The position numbers were made by a program, and so were the translations under genes. A stretch of DNA of 64,000 nt, taken from Eledone cirrhosa (lineage: Eukaryota). Where the stretch lies: contig OZ024741.1 of the NCBI GenBank assembly GCA_964016885.1, positions 337,590,001-337,654,000 on the forward strand, read 5' to 3'. Within the stretch, counting starts at the first letter, position 1; each line of letters starts with the position of its first letter. The notes under the pieces are model-generated. The model was not told where the DNA came from. It saw only the letters and a program-made list of their open reading frames with translations, and made no database searches. Below are positions 61,856 to 64,000 of this stretch, in pieces.

Positions 61856-64000
61856 ATATCATCATCATCATCATCATCATCATTTTACGTCCGCTTTTCC
61901 CTGCTTGCAAGGGTGGGACAAATCCTATTCAGCACAGCATCTCTCCACTTGTCACGGTTCTTCGTCATCTCCTCCGTGAGCTTCAGCGATCTGAGGTCCG
62001 CTCTCACCACCTCCGCCCATGTTTTTCGTGGTCTTCCTCTACTGTGTCTTCCTTCTACTGGCATTTCTTGGCACTTCTTTACCCAGCGGTCATCCTCCAT
62101 GCCCATCACATGTCCATACCATCGCAGTCTTCTCTCCCGCATACTACAAATATCCCTCTTATATACAGTTTCTCTCTCAACTCATTCATGCTTGGTCGTT
62201 CACGTACATTGACACTGCACATCCAACGGAGCATGCTTGCTTCATTTCTCTCCAGCCATTGCATATCCTCTGCAGTTGCTGCCCATGTCTCACTACCATG
62301 CAGCATCACGCATCTCACACAGGCATCATATAACCGTCATTTCGTATGCAGGGAGAAACGCTGCTTTGTCAGAAGAGGAAGCAGCTCCCTAAACTTCTTC
62401 CGGCTCGTCCTTATTTTAGATAGTATGGCCTCAGAACAGCCCCTCCCATGCTAATCTGATCTCCTAGGTTCCGGAAGCTATCAACCACTTCTATAGAACC
62501 TACCTACATTTGAAAAATCTGTCTCTCACTGCGACTTCTACTGTCAAATTTCCCTGCATACGTAGTTTTTCTTACCTATTAGTTTGCCTGCTATCTCACT
62601 ACATCTCTTGTGTACTCAAGATCTGCATTGTGTACATTTTATAGAATTTATGCCAGTTCCTTTTCTACATATCGAACATGGCCATTTCCCTGATGGGATC
62701 AGAGTTTTGTCCTCTTTTCTACTTATCAACACTTTTGTCTTAACTAGGTTCACTCTCGGTCCTCTTGATTCCAACTGCTGTTTCCATAGCCAGAATTTAT
62801 TCTCTAGCTCCTCTACTGATTTTGCTATAAGAAGCAGATCGTCAGCATAGAGACGTTCCCATGGGCAGCCAGTCTTAAACTCCTCTGTTCTGGCTTGGAG
62901 GACTCTAATGAACAAGAACGGACTGAGGACCGAACCATGATGTACTCCTACTTGTATCTGGAATTCCTCACTAAACTCCATTCCTACCCTCACTTTACTG
63001 ACAGCACCTCTGTACAAAGTTTGCACTCTCCTCACAAGCCATTCCTCAACACCTAGTTTCCTTAGGGCCCTCCAGATGACAGATCGGTGTATCCTATCAA
63101 AGGCCTTCTCTAGGTCAACAAAAGCTAAGTATAGTGGCTTATTCTTCTCTAAGAACCTCTCTTGTAGTTGTCTCACTAAGAAGAGGACATCTGTTGTACT
63201 TTACCCAGACACAAAACCAAACTGCATCTCATCTAGTTTGACCCTTTCTCTAATTAGTTGTGCTGATATTCTTTCTGCCACTTTCATAACCTGATCCATC
63301 AGATTTATGCCTCTATAATTGCTCCTCTCCGGAGCATCCTCTTTACCTCTGTAGCAATTAACAAGTATACTGCTACAGCAGTCTTTGGGTATGACACCGC
63401 CATATATAGCTTGGTTAATGATGCATGCAACCAGTTTAGTACCTACTTCTCCTGATGCCTTCAGCATCTCAGCATCTATCCCCGACGGTCCAGCGGCCTT
63501 ACCATTTTTAATTTCCTTAATTGCCTCTTGGCCCCTATATTCGTCAACCTCAATAGCTGGTCCCTCTGTCGGGTCTTCTGGGGGTAGTTTCTCTCTCTCC
63601 CATTTGTTCTCCACATTCATCAGCCTCTCATAAGGACATTTCCAGGCCTCCTTTTTCTGATCATTAGTGACACTAAGTACACTAGCACCATTCCGGACAC
63701 ATTTATCTCCAACAACATCCTGATTTACACTGACATACTGCCTTGCAATGCGGAACAACACACGTCTCTGATCTTTCCATTGCAGGACATTAGCAAACCT
63801 CCTACTCTCAGCTGCCATGCATGCTAAGTACACCTGACGTCTAGCTTCCCTCTTAGCAGCTGTGTATCGGTCTCTACTCCCACCATTTTTCCAAGTGTTC
63901 CATGCTAGTCTTTTGTCTCTAATGGCCCTATCTACCGTGCTGTTCCACCACCAGGTCACTCTCTGTCGGGTCGGAGCTCTGCTCCAGCCACAAGTTTCTT
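61856..64000 (-). mobile_element. RTE-clade LINE (RT region to (GAT)n tail), disrupted; continues beyond the window
   Basis: GKAAGPSGI, NYRGINL, QFGF, FVDLEKAFDR, GVHHGSVLSP, LYADDL, WPCSIC...CTQC, MLHGSETW, RLRWYGHV, GRPRKTW. Confidence 0.95.

Overview
AT-rich, repeat-dense animal genomic DNA, most consistent with an octopus or related coleoid cephalopod. This is inferred from the tRNA-derived SINEs with (ATT)n tails and the extreme microsatellite density. There are no prokaryotic features, CRISPR arrays or rRNA. Nearly all long ORFs are decayed retroelements: a CR1 LINE (7.9-9.4 kb), a three-copy stack of one Tx1/L1-clade LINE in (TTA)n (12.5-18.9 kb), a nearly intact R4/Dong-type RLE LINE in (TAA)n (30.6-34.2 kb) with three more RLE fragments, several RTE-type LINEs, and at least two Penelope-like element (PLE) lineages sitting in (TA)n tracts. 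One RTE has three C-terminal C2H2 fingers, split by a probable solo LTR. Host coding sequence is limited to three candidate exons: + strand 2446-2596, a + strand terminal exon at 40025-40305, and - strand 45207-45305; I cannot name their products. The most notable signals are: (1) type-I hammerhead ribozyme motifs in at least three unrelated PLE-type termini, including one with a long stem II at 59290-59384; (2) apparent partitioning of microsatellite targets among retroelement clades; (3) a 2.2-kb C-rich telomere-variant-like satellite; (4) a 505/461-bp tandem array with a variable internal (TA)n; and (5) a foldback made of two inverted tRNA-like arms.
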